Assembly (NCBI RefSeq): GCF_963921235.1
Contig: NC_086109.1
Location: 37,512,001 to 37,576,000 of the forward strand
Reading direction: 5' to 3'
Source: Mobula hypostoma
Taxonomy: Eukaryota
Length of the DNA stretch: 64,000 nucleotides
Under the pieces are notes generated by a model that made no database searches, was not told the origin of the DNA, and saw only the letters and a program-made list of their open reading frames with translations. How positions within the stretch are numbered: position 1 is the stretch's first letter; every line of letters starts with the position of its first letter. Both the position numbers and the translations under genes were made by a program. This document shows, piece by piece, positions 26,223 through 39,056 of this stretch.

Positions 26223-28632
26223 TATATGCCCGGACTTGGCTTCCACCGCAGTCTGTGGCAGAGCATTCCACAGATTTACTATTCTCTGGCTAAAAAAACT
26301 TCCTCCTTACCTCTGTTCTAAAGGGTAGCCCCTCAATGTTGAGGCTGTGCCCTCTAGTTCTGGAAACCACTATCACAGGAAACATCCTCTCCACATCCAC
26401 CCTATATAGCCCTTTCAACATCTGGTAAGTTTCAATGAGATACCCCCCAAATTCTTCTAAATTCCAGTGAGTACAGGATCAAAGCTGCCAAATGCTCCTC
26501 ATTTGTTAACGCCTTCATTCCCAGAATCATCCTCATGAACCTCCTCTGGACTCTCTCCAACAACAACACATCCTTTCTGAGATATGGGGCCCAAAACTGT
26601 TGACAATATTCTAAGGGCAGCCTGACCAGTGTCTTATAAAGGCTCAGCATTATCTCCTTGTTTTTCTATTCTATTCCCCTTGGAATGAATACCAACATCA
26701 CATTTGTTTTCTTTACCACAGACTCAACCCGTAAATTAACCTTTGGCATGAGGACTCTTAAGTCCCTCTGCATCTCTGATGTTTGAACCTTTTCCCCATT
26801 TAGATAATAGCCTGTACTACTGTTCCTTTCACCAAAATGCAATATCATACACTTCCCAACACTGTATTCCACCTGCTACTTTTTTGCCCATTCTTCCAAT
26901 TTTTCTGTCCTGCTCCAATCGCATTGCTTCTTCAGCACTACCTACCCCTCCACCTATCTTCGTATCATTCGCAAACTTTGCCACAAAGCCATCAATTCCA
27001 TTACTTAAATCATTGACAAACAATGTGAAAAGCAATCAATGACCCCTGAGGAATACCACTAGTCACCGGCAGCCAACCAGAAAAGGCCCCTTTTATTCCC
27101 ACTTTCTATCTCCTGCCTGTCAGTCTTTCCGCTATCCATGCCAGTATCTTTCCTGTAATGCCTTAGGATTTTACCTTGCTAAACAGGCACCTTATCAAAC
27201 GCCTTCTGAAAATCCAAGTAAATGACATCCACTGCCTCTCATTTGTCCACTCTGCTTGTTATTCCTTGAAGAATTCTAACAGATTTGTCAAGCAAGATTT
27301 CCCTGGACGGAAACCATGCTGACTTTGATTTATGTTATCATTAGTATCCAAGTACCCCAAAACCTCATCCTTAATAGTAGACTCCAACACTTTCCCAACC
27401 ACTGAGGTTAGGCTAATTGCTTTTTTATGCTTTCCTCCCTTCTTAAGAGTGGAGTGACATTTGCAATCTTCCAGTCCTCCAGGACCAGGCCAGACTCAAG
27501 TGATTCTTGAAAGATCATGACCAATGCATCTGTTATCCCTTCTGCAACTTCTCTCAGGACTCTCAGATGTAGTCTATCTGGCTTAGATGACATCCACCTT
27601 AAGATCTTTGAGTTTGTTTAGCACTTTTTCCTTTGTAATAGTAATGACACTCTCTCCTACTCTCTGACATTTACAGACCTCTGGCACACTGCTCGTGTCT
27701 TCCACAATGAAGACAGTTGCAAAGTACTCAGTAAGTTCATCTGCCATTTCTTTATCTCCCATTACTACCTCACCAGCATCATTTTCCAGTGATCCAATAC
27801 CAACTCTCACCTCCCTTTTACCCTTTATATAACTGAAAAAACTTTTGGTATTCCGTTTTATATAAATGGTTTGTCTGTCCTCATATTTCTTTGTTTCACT
27901 TCTTACAGCATCTTAGTTGCCTTTTGTTAGATTTTTAAAACTTCCCACTCACTTTTGCTACCTTATATGCCTCTTCCTTGGCTTTTATGCAGTCCTTAAC
28001 TTCTTCTGTCAGCTACAGTTGCCTACCCCTGCCATTTGAGAACAACTTCTTCTGTGGGACGTATCTATCCTGTGCCTTATGAACTATTCACAGAAATGTC
28101 AACCATCTCTTCTCTGCCATCATCCTCTTCCAATCCACCTGGACAAGCTCCTCTCTCATGCCTCTGTAATTCCATTTATTCCAGATACATGCGAGTTATG
28201 GTTCTCCTACTGAAATTGCAGTACGAATTCAATCATATTATGATCACTGTCTCCTTAGGGTTCCTTTTTGTTGAGCTCCCTAATAAGATCTGGGTTATTA
28301 CACAACACCCAATCTACGATAGCCTTTCCCCGAGTAGGCTCAAGCACAAGTTGCTCTAAAAATCCATCTTGCAGGCACTCAACAAATTCCCTCTCTTGCG
28401 ATCTGACACCAACCAGATTTTCCCAATTCCCTTGCACATTGAATCCCCCATTACAATTGTGTCATTGCCCTTATTACGTGCCTTTTCCAGCTCCCTTTGC
28501 AATCTCAACCGCACATCTTGGCTACTATTTGGAGACCTAAACAGGAATTCTGCAGATGCTGGAAATTCAAGCAACACACATAAAAGTTGCTGGTGAACAC
28601 AGCAGGCCAGGCAGCATCTCTAGGAAGAGGTG

Positions 28633-28670
28633 CAGTCGATGTTTCAGGCCGAGACCCTTCGTCAGGACTA
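28633..28670 (-). ncRNA. Penelope-associated minimal hammerhead motif
   Basis: Minus strand: AGUC-CUGACGA-AGGG-ucucgg-CCU-GAAAC-AUC-GACU. Confidence 0.65.
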
Positions 28671-29247
28671 ACTGAAGGAAGAGTGAGTAAGGAATTTGAA
28701 AGTTGGAGGGGGAGGGGGAGATCCAAAATGATAGGAGAAGACAGGAGGGGGAGGGATGGAACCAAGAGCTGGACAGGTGATAGGCATGTTCATGCCATCA
28801 GGTTGGAGGCTACCCAGATGGAATATAAGGTGTTGTTCCTCCAACCTGAGTGTGGCGATGTTCATGCCATCAGGTTGGAGGCTACCCAGACGGAATATAA
28901 GGTGTTGTTCCTCCAACCTGATGGCATGAACATCGACTTCTCTAACTTCCTCTACTGCCCCACCTCCCCCTTGTACCCCATCTGTTACTTATTTTTATAC
29001 ACACATTCTTTCTCTCACTCTCCTTTTTCTCCCTCTGTCCCTCTGAATATACCCCTTGCCCATCCTCTGGGTCCCCCCCCCTTGTCTTTCTTCGTGGACT
29101 TCCTGTCCCATGATCCTCTCGTATCCCTTTTGCCTATCACCTGTCCAGCTCTTGGCTCCATCCCTCCCCCTCCTGTCTTCTCTTATCATTTTGGATCTCC
29201 CCCTCCCCCTCCAACTTTCAAATCCCTTACTCACTCTTCCTTCAGTT

Positions 29248-29283
29248 AGTCCTGACGAAGGGTCTCAGCCTGAAACATCGACT
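29248..29283 (+). ncRNA. Penelope-associated minimal hammerhead motif
   Basis: AGUC-CUGACGA-AGGG-ucucag-CCU-GAAAC-AUC-GACU. Confidence 0.65.
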
Positions 29284-30252
29284 GCACCTCTTCCTAGAGA
29301 TGCTGCCTGGCCTGCTGCGTTCACCAGCAACTTTTATGTGTTATTTGGAGACCTATATATGATTCCTTTAATGCTTTTTTATCCCTTGCAAGTTCTTAAC
29401 TCTACCCACAAAGATTCAACATTCTCTAACCCTAAGTCACCTCCCTAAAGATGTAATTCCATCTCTTACCAACAGAGCCACACCATCACCTATTCCTTCC
29501 TGCCTGCCTTTTCAACAAAGTATATGCTTTGATGTTAAGTTCTCAACTATAGCCTTCGTTCAGCCATGACTCAGTAACGCCCACAATGTTATTCCCACCA
29601 ATCTCTAATTACACGAGTTTGTCCACCTTATTCCAAATGCTACGTGCGTTTAAGTACAACACCTTCAGTCCTGCATTCTTCACCCTTTTGAATTTTGCCT
29701 CTGTGGTACAATTTAACTCTTTTGCTCTGTGTGCATTTGTAACCAATCAGTGGCAACCCATCATCTACTTGTAAACCTGCTGGCTCATCATGCCGGCCAT
29801 GGCATCTTCTTGTAGTCACCAATGGGCAGGAGATACATAAACCAAGTTCCAGAATAGCTTCTCTTCAACCATTTGGTCCTTAACATGATGATTACTTTGA
29901 TCACATTGAATTTTGTTCTAATTGTGTCGTTTCTTGCAAAAGCTGAGTATAATTTATGTTTGTCTTATGAATAATGTTTATATGATGATGGAGAGGTAGT
30001 AGTGGGGATAAAGAAATGGCGGACAACTCAATAAACACTTTGTCATTCTTCACTGTAGAAGACACCAGAAATTTATACCAGAAATGCCAGAAATTTGAGA
30101 GTGTCAGGAGGAAGATGTGAGTGTGGTTTCTATAATAAAGAGGAGTCGCTTGGGAAGCTGTAAGGTCTGAAAGTAAGTAAATCACCTGGAGCAGATGGAC
30201 CACAACCCAGGGTTTTGAAAGAGGCAGCTGAAGAGATTGTGGAGGCATGAGT

Positions 30253-31243
30253 TGTCACAATGGGAGCATTGGTGGTGGACCTAAATGCGAGACACAGACA
30301 CTGAAGTACTAGGAACAGGACTTGACTGGAGTAGGGACATGGCAGGATACAGACTAGGAGCAGGGGCAAGAACGCAGACTTGGGCTAGGACATGGACAAG
30401 GCAGGGAACCCGGACAAGGAACAATGCACTAGAAGCCTGAGCTTGGGCTCCGAGCCAGAGACTGGTCAAGGACCCAGAACCTGGGTCTTGCCTTGGGCTT
30501 GCAGGCAAGGATATGACATGACTGCAGGACTGGAGGCTGGGGTCTTGAGGCTTGGGGACACAGGCTTGGGATCTTGAGGCTTGAGGCTGCAGGCTGGGGT
30601 CTTCAGTCTTGAGGCTGCGGAAGCTGATAACTCGGAGGCTGGAATTCGGAGACAGACTGAGAACTGTACATCAACATAGAGCCAGGACCTATCCTTTGAA
30701 AAGCTGGGATTCATCTTTAACACGACACCAACATGAGACAGGACAGTACATAGATATAGTGCCGGGACTTATACTAAGACAAGCCGGGACTCAACTTTAT
30801 CTCCATACCAAAGTGGGCAGGACCATCCATCAGGCAACTGCAGAATGGCCGGACTTATCCAACAGAAGCAAAGACAAGACAAGACAGGTCCCCCCACAGG
30901 GCAATGGCAGAACGGCCTGACTTACCCGACAGAGGCGAGAACAAGAAAAGAAAAAAACACCGAAGAATGACAGACAGCTTCATCTCTGCAATGGCAATTG
31001 AACTAGACAGTGGTGCAGGCAAGGTATCTAGGCAGAGAGTCAGGTGGGGGGGGGGGGGAGACAGGGAGGGGAACAGGACAGCCCAGCAGGGAATCCCTGG
31101 TTTGCAGAGGTATTTATGTCTCAGCCCCAAAACAAGAATCATGTGCCCACAGCAGAAACTGGGGAAAACCAGAAACCCTGGAATAAGGAACTATGGACTG
31201 GACTGTGAACTGGAATACGGACTTCACAGACTGAACCATGACA
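30253..31243 (-). mobile_element. Solo LTR, family A copy 2
   Basis: TGTCA...TGACA termini; TSD tgagt/ttagt; both ends similar to 20490-21345. Confidence 0.85.
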
Positions 31244-31703
31244 TTAGTAGTGATCTGTCAAGAATCACTAGATTCTGAAATGGTTCCGGAGGACTGGAAA
31301 AATGCAAATGCAACTCCATCTTTAAGAAGGTAGGAAATTATAGGCCAGTTAATCTGTCTTCAGTGGTTGAGAAGATGTTGAAGTTTGTTATTAAGGATGA
31401 TGTTTCAGGGTACTTGCTAAAATAGGACAAAGTCAGCATGGTTTTATTAAGGGGAAATCTTGACCGTGTCATAGTCCAGTCTGTGAAGTCCGCATTCTGG
31501 TTCATGGACCGGTCCATCGATCCTTATTCCAGGTTTTCCAATTTTCCCTTGTTCTGTTGGTGCCTTAATTGAGGCACATGATTCTCATTTTGGGCTGGCT
31601 ACATAAATAGCTCCTGGGTTCAGCTTCATTGGTGGGATTGGCCAGTTTTTGATGGTTGGAGTGGCTAAGTTGGCTTGACTGGAAGCTGGCTGTGTTTTGC
31701 TTG

Positions 31704-34493
31704 ATGTGTGAGTGTGTTTTGGAACCTGTTGAGGGAAAGAGAGTGGGGAAGGAATGGAAATTGCTGGGAGGGGATCGTGTGGGTCCGGTAATGGTGGACA
31801 AGATAAGAGGTGGGGTTGAGGGAAAGAAAGTGGAGAAGAAGAGGGATAGAGACTTGGGACCAGAGGTAGGCAGCTGGGGAGAGGTGGGTTATTGTGAAGA
31901 GAGAAATAAAGGGAATGAGGAGGTAGTGAGGGGTTGGATGAATAAAAACCAAGACAAAGGGAATAAAAGAATAAGAAATGATAGTGGAGAAAGCTCTGAA
32001 AGTGAGGGAGATGAACAAGCTCAGAGAGGAGGTGTTGTCATAATTAGGTTTAATGAGAAGGCTCAGGGACATATGAAGAAAATTAACCTGTTTGTGCTAA
32101 CAACAACTCTGACAAATAAGATAGGGGAAATAGTATTTGCAAAAGTCCTTAATGATGGCAACTTATTGGTAAGATGTGCGAATGAGGAACAACTTGAGAA
32201 AGCACTCAAGCTAAAAGAGATAGGAAAATGCAAGGTGGAATACACTGGGAGGGTGGGAGCACAAAACAGTGGTTGTAAAGGAGTGATCACGGGGATACCA
32301 ATGAGTATAAATATGGAGGAGATAAAGAGGAATATCAAAGGAGGGAAAGTAATGAATGTTCAAAGACTGAAAACAACAAAGGAGGGAGTGAAAAAGGAAA
32401 GTGAATCTGTATTGATTGAATTTGAAGAAGAAAGAGTGCCAAGGAAGGTGTTCCTGGGTTTCATGAGTTACCCAGTAAGGGTGTATGTGCCAAAGCCATT
32501 GAGGTGCTATAATTGTCAAAGGTTTGGACACATGGCTAAAAACTGTAAAAGGCAGAGGAGATGCGCTAGATGTGGGGGTGATCATGAATATGGGTGGCTA
32601 ATGTAACCCCACTTTTTAAAAAAGGAGGGAGAGAGAAACCGGGGAATTATAGGCCGGTTAGCCTAACGTCGGTGGTGGGGAAACTGCTGGAGTCAGTTAT
32701 CAAGGATGTGATAACAGCACATTTGGAAAGCGGTGAAATGATCGGACAAAGTCAGCATGGATTTGTGAAAGGAAAATCATGTCTGACGAATCTCATAGAA
32801 TTTTTTGAGGATGTAACTAGTAGAGTGGATAGGGGAGAACCAGTGGATGTGGTATATTTGGATTTTCAAAAGGCTTTTGACAAGGTCCCACACAGGAGAT
32901 TAGTGTGCAAACTTAAAGCACACGGTATTGGGGGTAAGGTATTGGTGTGGGTGGAGAATTGGTTAGCAGACAGGAAGCAAAGAGTGGGAATAAATGGGAC
33001 CTTTTCAGAATGGCAGGCGGTGACTAGTGGGGTACCGCAAGGCTCAGTGCTGGGACCCCAGTTGTTTACAATATATATTAATGACTTGGATGAGGGAATT
33101 AAATGCAGCATCTCCAAGTTTGCGGATGACATGAAGCTGGGTGGCAGTGTTAGCAGTGAGGAGGATGCTAAGAGGATGCAGGGTGACTTGGATAGGTTGG
33201 GTGAGTGGGCAAACTCATGGCAGATGCAATTTAATGTGGATAAATGTGAAGTTATCCACTTTGGTGGCAAAAATAGGAAAACAGATTATTATCTGAATGG
33301 TGGCCGATTAGGAAAAGGGGAGGTGCAACGAGACCTGGGTGTCATTATACACCAGTCATTGAAAGTGGGCATGCAGGTACAGCAGGCGGTGAAAAAGGCG
33401 AATGGTATGCTGGCATTTATAGCGAGAGGATTCGAGTACAGGAGCAGGGAGGTACTACTGCAGTTGTACAAGGCCTTGGTGAGACCACGCCTGGAGTATT
33501 GTGTGCAGTTTTGGTCCCCTAATCTGAGGAAAGACATCTTTGCCATCGAGGGAGTACAAAGAAGGTTCACCAGATTGATTCCTGGGATGGCAGGTCTTTC
33601 ATATGAAGAAAGACTGGATGAACTGGGCTTGTACTCGTTGAAATTTAGAAGATTGAGGGGGGATCTGATTGAAACGTATAAGATCCTAAAGGGATTGGAC
33701 AGGCTAGATGCGGGAAGATTGTTCCCGATGTTGGGGAGGTCCAGAACGAGGGGTCACAGTTTGAGGATAGAGGGGAAGCCTTTTAGGACAGAGATTAGGA
33801 AAAACTTCTTCACACAGAGAGTGGTGAATCTGTGGAATTCTCTGCCACAGCAAACTGTTGAGGCCAGTTCATTGGCTATGTTTAAGAGGGAGTTAGATAT
33901 GGCCCTTGTGGCTACAGGGGTCAGGGTGTATGGAGGGAAGGCTGGGTTCTGAGTTGGATGATCAGCCATGATCATAATAAATGGCGGTGCAGGCTCGAAG
34001 GGCCGAATGGCCTACTCCTGCACCTATTTTCTATGTTTCTATGTTTCTATGTTTCTAATATGGAAAGTGAGGAACAGGAGTTCAACCAAAATGCTGCAAT
34101 TGTGGAGGAGCTCATAATGTTGCATATAGTGGGTGTGAGGTTGTGAGACGGGAGACTAAAATTCAAGAAATAAGAGTGAAAAGAAAGATCACTTATGCAG
34201 AAGCTGTAAGAATGACAAGAGAACAGAATAATGCTCCTAATGAACAGGGAGCAATAGGGATACGAGAGATGCAACAAAGAACAAATGACAGGATTTATGT
34301 AGAGAAAAAGGCTCTAGTAACATTCATTGCAGGAGTGATTAATAGTACGGCTGAGGTAAAGTCAAAAAGTGACAAAACTCAGCTGGTGGTAAAAGCAGCA
34401 GTAAACCATTTAGGTTTAATAGGACTGACATGGGAGGAAGTGAGGGAGAACCTCAGTAATCAGTCAAGCCAGGAAGTGTCATGTGTTGGTTAA
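31704..34493 (+). pseudogene. Nimb/I ORF1 (gag-like, three CCHC knuckles), disrupted by a CR1 insertion and one stop codon
   Basis: After removing the CR1 it reads CYNCQRFGHMAKNC...CARCGGDHEYGK*...CCNCGGAHNVAYSGC in frame. TGA at 34068-34070 sits where a Cys is expected. The start codon is uncertain (31704 or 31791). Confidence 0.85.
32594..34056 (+). mobile_element. Young 5'-truncated CR1, same family as 3973-7314
   Basis: 7-bp TSD aatatgg (32587-32593 / 34057-34063); (TTCTATGT)n tail; open 452-aa RT C-terminal half. Confidence 0.95.
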
Positions 34494-34501
34494 TACTAAT
34501 T

Positions 34502-37500
34502 ATGGTGATTCTTTTACAATGGAATGCAAGGAGCTTACTGGCCAATAGCCAGGAATTCAAGCACTTTATTAAAGAAATGGTTGTAAAACCAAATGTAGTA
34601 TGTACTCAGGAAACTTGGTTGAAACCAACTTTAGACTTTGTGGTATATGGGTATACAATGATAAGGAAAGATAGAAATCTAGGGGGAGGAGGGGGTTGTG
34701 CTATGTTAATCAAGCGAGGTATACCATATAGGGTACTGGAAAAAGGAGATGATCAGGAATACATAGTGGTGGAAGTGTGGGAGAGAGGGGAGGGAGTGGT
34801 TATAATTAACTACTACAATCCATGTAAAAGGTTGGATTTGGACAGCCTATTAAAGATACAAGGACAAAACAGACATAAAGTAGTGTGGTGTGCAGATTTC
34901 AATGCTCATAGCACAATATGGGGGGATCAGATTACAGATCCAAATGGAAAGGTAATTGAAGATTTGATGGAAGAAAGGGATTTGGTGGGTATGAATGATG
35001 GTAGCGGCACAAGGATAGATATAACAACAGGAACTGAGTCAGTGTTAGATATTACGTTAGTGTCTAATACCTTGGCTGGCATTAGTAACTGGGGAGTTTG
35101 GACTGCTTCAACAGTAGGCAGTGATCACTACCCAGTTTTGTGTTCAGTGGGTGAAAGAGTTGAAGTAAGACTAGGTGGCGGAACCCCAAAGTGGGTGTTT
35201 GAAAAAGCTGATTGGGGTAAGTTCCAGAAGTTGAGTGAAGAAGGGTTGACAAAGATTGATATTTCTGGAAATGTAGATGAATTAAACAGTCAGGTGACTT
35301 CAGCAATTATCATGGAAGCAGAAAGATCTATACCTAGGAGTAAAAATAGGATGAATAGAAAACTGGTACCATGGTGGACAGAGGAATGTTGTCAGGCTGT
35401 AAAAAAACAGAAATAGAGCATTCAGGCTAGTTAAAAGAACCCATAATATGCAGCATTTGGTTCAATATAAGAAAGCACAGGCAGTGGTGAGAAGAACTAT
35501 ACGTCAAGCTAAAAGGGCAAGTTGGAGGAGTTTTTGCAACAAGGTAGGAAGAACAACACCTGTGGGAGAGATATGGGGAATGATTAAGAGGATGGGAGGA
35601 GATAGAAGGGAATGGGAATATCCAGTAATGATATCTGAGGAGGAAACTGCAGTCTCCAGTAGGGATAAGGCTGAGGTCATGGCCAAGTCATTTGTACTGA
35701 TACACAGTTCAGAAAATTTGTCTGAAGAAGGGAGAAGAAGAAGGGAAAGAATAATGAGCCAACACCCAGGTGTGTTAAGCAGGAGGGAAGGAACAGATGA
35801 TATAATTGATGATCCATTTACATTAGCAGAAATGGTGAGAGCAATAAAGAGATCGAGACCAACCTCCACAGGGAAAGATCTGATATGCTCTGTGATGCTA
35901 AAAAATCTAGGAGAAGGAGCGCTCTTGAAGTTGCTGCATTTTTATAACAGAGTGTGGGAGGAGGGAAGATTACCAAGTGCATGGAAAGAAGCAGTAGTAA
36001 TTCCAATAAGGAAGCCTAGCAAGGATCTGTCAAAACCCACTAGCTACAGACCAATTGCATTAACATCAAGTATATGTAAGATAATGGAAAGGATGATAAC
36101 AGAAAGGTTATCATACGAGCTTGAGAAAAGGGGAATGCTGGCAAGTTATCAGAGTGGTTTTAGAAAGGGAAGGAATTCCATGGACTCAGTGATTATGTTA
36201 GAGACTGAAATAAGGAAGGCCCAAGCAAATAAAGAGTCAGTAGTGGCAGTGTTCTTTGACATTGAAAAAGCCTATGATATGATGTGGAAGGAAGGATTAT
36301 TAATTAAACTGCACAAGATGGGGGTTGGTGGGAGAGTTTTTAATTGGATTAAAGATTTTTTGTTTGGTAGAAAAATTCAAGTTCGGATTGGATCAGAATT
36401 ATCAAAACAGTACATAGTGGAAAATGGCACACCTCAAGGTAGTGTGATTAGCCCGTTACTTTTCATCATTATGATCAATGATGTCTTCACAAAGGTACCA
36501 GTGGATATAGGTAGGTCACTGTTTGCAGATGATGGGGCCTTGTGGAAAAGAGGCAGGAACATGGACCATATAATCAGAAAACTACAAGAAGTAATTGATG
36601 AAGTGGTGGAGTGGGGTTATGATTGGGGATGTAGATTTTCAGTAGATAAAACTCAAACTGTATTTTTTACCAGGAAAAGGGTTGAGGTAGGGCAGAAGTT
36701 AAGGATGTATGGGGTTGAATTAGAAAGGGTTGCATCATTTAAATTTCTGGGAGTTATATTTGATTCACGATTAACATGGGCAGACCATATCAGGAAAGTT
36801 GAGGAGAAATGTAAAAAAGTAATAAATGTGATGAGATGTTTGACTGGTAGGGAATGGGGAGCAAGTTGTTCAGCTTTGAAGAGAATGTATGTGGTTTTAG
36901 TGAAATCTGTGTTGGACTATGGAAATATAGCATATGGATCAGCAGCTAGGTCTCTTATAAGGAAACTGGATGTGATTCAGGCTCAGGCCTTGAGAGTGTG
37001 CAGTGGGGCTTTTAAAATGTCACCAGTGTCAGCCCTACAGGTAGAAATGGGAATAATGCCTTTGGAACTAAGAAGGATGCAACTGATGGCAAACTACTGG
37101 GCTAACTTGCAGGGGTACAATGATTCTCACCCTACTAAAGGAGTGTTGCAGGAGTGCTGGGAAAATGGGAGGTTTCAGAGGGATACCTTTAGTCAGGTAG
37201 GGAATGATATCGCGAAAGAATGTGGAGTATTTGATCTGAGGATAAGTCCTTCAGTAGTTTATCTGGTTGTAGCTCCATGGAAGCTTGTATGGCCTGACAT
37301 AGACTGGCATTTGTTAGAGGTAAAAAGGAAAGAAAGATATAAAACAGATTTGGTAAATGCATTTAACTGTCATGTGATGGAAAAGTATAGTGATTATACT
37401 CACATTTATACGGATGGTGCGAAGGAACCTGAAACAGGAGTGACAGGGTTTGGGGTGGTAATACCAGCAAAAGAAATTGGAAGCAGCAGAAGAACATCTA

Positions 37501-38261
37501 ATAAGTTAGGGGTGTTTACAGTGGAGATCCTGGCAGTGTTGGTTGCGTTGCAATGGGTGCAGAAAGCCAGACAAGCCAAAGCATTGATATGTTCAGATTC
37601 ATCCTCAGTTCTTGCAAGTTTAAGGTCTTTTCACACAAACAGTCGGCAAGATGTACTTTATGAAGTCCTTCAGTTAGTTACAAGAATTGCAAATCAGGGA
37701 GGTCAGGTAAAATTTCTATGGTTTCCAGCACATGTAGGGGTGAAGGGGAATGAGAGGGTGGATGAGTTGGCAAAGAGGGCGTTAAAGAAAGAAAATGTGG
37801 AAATGCACATTAGTATCAGTAAAGCAGAGGTTAAGTGTGTAATCTGGGAAAAAGTCAACCGAATGTGGCAAGAAAGATGGGACAGGGAGGGGAAAGGGAG
37901 GCATTTATATCAAATACAAAAGAGTGTTGCAGGTACTAGGGTAGGTAATGGAAACAGAAGAGAGGAAATTGTGTGGACTAGGTTAAGGCTGGGGCATTGT
38001 GCATTAAACAAAACATTGAAAATGATGGGGAAACACCAGACAGGATTGTGTGAGGAATGTCAGGAAGAGGAGTCAGTAGAACATGTAGTTTTGTGTTGCA
38101 GGAAGTATGGGATACAGAGAGAGATGATGAGAAATAAATTAAGGGAGTTGGGGATGCAGGAATTCACATTAAAAGGGTTGCTGGGCATGGGTGAGAGAGC
38201 ACAAGTCCGGGTATTTTTAGCGTTTTTAAGGGGTACAGGGGTTTTTTTTTATAGAATATGA
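34502..38261 (+). pseudogene. Nimb/I ORF2 (APE, RT, RNase H, C-terminal zinc motif) with a single +1 frameshift
   Basis: Motifs QWNARS, QETW and GSDH; YRPIALTS, FDIEKAYD, GTPQGS and LFADD; IYTDG...CSDS...WFPAHVGVKGNERVD. The frame change falls in the A7 run at 35401-35407. Confidence 0.9.
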
Positions 38262-38329
38262 TGAATAAACAGGAATAAGATACTAGGATGGTCAAAGATG
38301 GGAGGGTGAAGTGTACGTTTGTGTGTATG

Positions 38330-38362
<33 letters not shown>

Positions 38363-38877
38363 AAAATGTATGTCTAGTGCACATTCCGGAGCAGAGGGTG
38401 GCGGTAATGCACCATTAAGCTGGATGCCAACCACCTTAAAACAAGATACAGACAGACAGCTTCATTGGTGGGATTGTTCCCTCCCCTTCCTTTTGAAGCC
38501 TTGACTGTTACCTTTGCCTGTATCCTTGCCTGTAATGCCATTAGGTTCAACTGCCAGGGCAAGATCGGGGCCTTGCTGTGTCTAGATAAGGAACTGTCTT
38601 TTGTTGTTTCGAACTGTCTCTTTATGTCCTTGCCTTCACTAGGTAGGTCTGGCTGTTTGCTGCTACCTTAAGTTGAGAACTGTCTCAGTGTACATGCCTT
38701 TGCAAGGTAGGTCTGGATGTTTGCCATTACCTTGAGTTGGGAACAGTCTCTGTATCCACACCTTCGCTAGGTAGGTCTGGCCATTTGCTGCTACCTTCTG
38801 TTGGGAACTGTCTTGTCATGTTCAGCATTCTGTGTATGAATCCTGGCCCTACATACTGTTCTCAAGGAGGGTCCCAG

Positions 38878-39056
38878 CTCTGTGTTCTGCATTCCTGTCT
38901 CCCAAGACCAAGGCTCTGTGTTCTGCGTCCCTGTCTCCCAAGACCAAGGCTCTGTGTTCTGCGTCCCTGTCTCCCAAGACCAAGGCTCTGTGTTCTGCGT
39001 CCCTGTCTCCCAAGACCAAGGCTCTGTGTTCTGCGTCCCTGTCTCCCAAGACCAAG
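38878..39056 (+). repeat. 36-bp minisatellite, ~5 copies, inside the LTR
   Basis: Unit ctctgtgttctgcgtccctgtctcccaagaccaagg, head-to-tail with no spacers. Confidence 0.95.

Larger units (their letters stand above)
28540..29341. mobile_element. Penelope-like insertion made of two inverted 3' ends
   Basis: ~200-bp inverted arms; 14-bp TSD tatttggagaccta (28526-28539 / 29342-29355). Confidence 0.92.
25582..29740 (-). mobile_element. Older decayed CR1, interrupted by an L1 fragment and a Penelope insertion
   Basis: Fragmentary APE/RT peptides (LEPTRGKAIVDWVL, WKIANVTPL, KFANDTKIGG, LERVQRRF); (TCTTATGG)-type tail at the left end. Confidence 0.85.
31641..38456 (+). mobile_element. Full-length Nimb/I-group LINE (ORF1 with zinc knuckles; ORF2 APE-RT-RNase H)
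   Basis: 20-bp TSD cagcttcattggtgggattg (31621-31640 / 38457-38476); (CAGA)n tail; domain order as listed for its two ORFs. Confidence 0.9.

Noticed and set aside
38878..39056. 36-bp repeats of CRISPR-like length, and the repetitive ORFs across them
   Set aside because: The units are directly adjacent with no spacers, lie inside an LTR in eukaryotic DNA, and no cas genes are present. The ORFs stay open only because 36 is divisible by 3.
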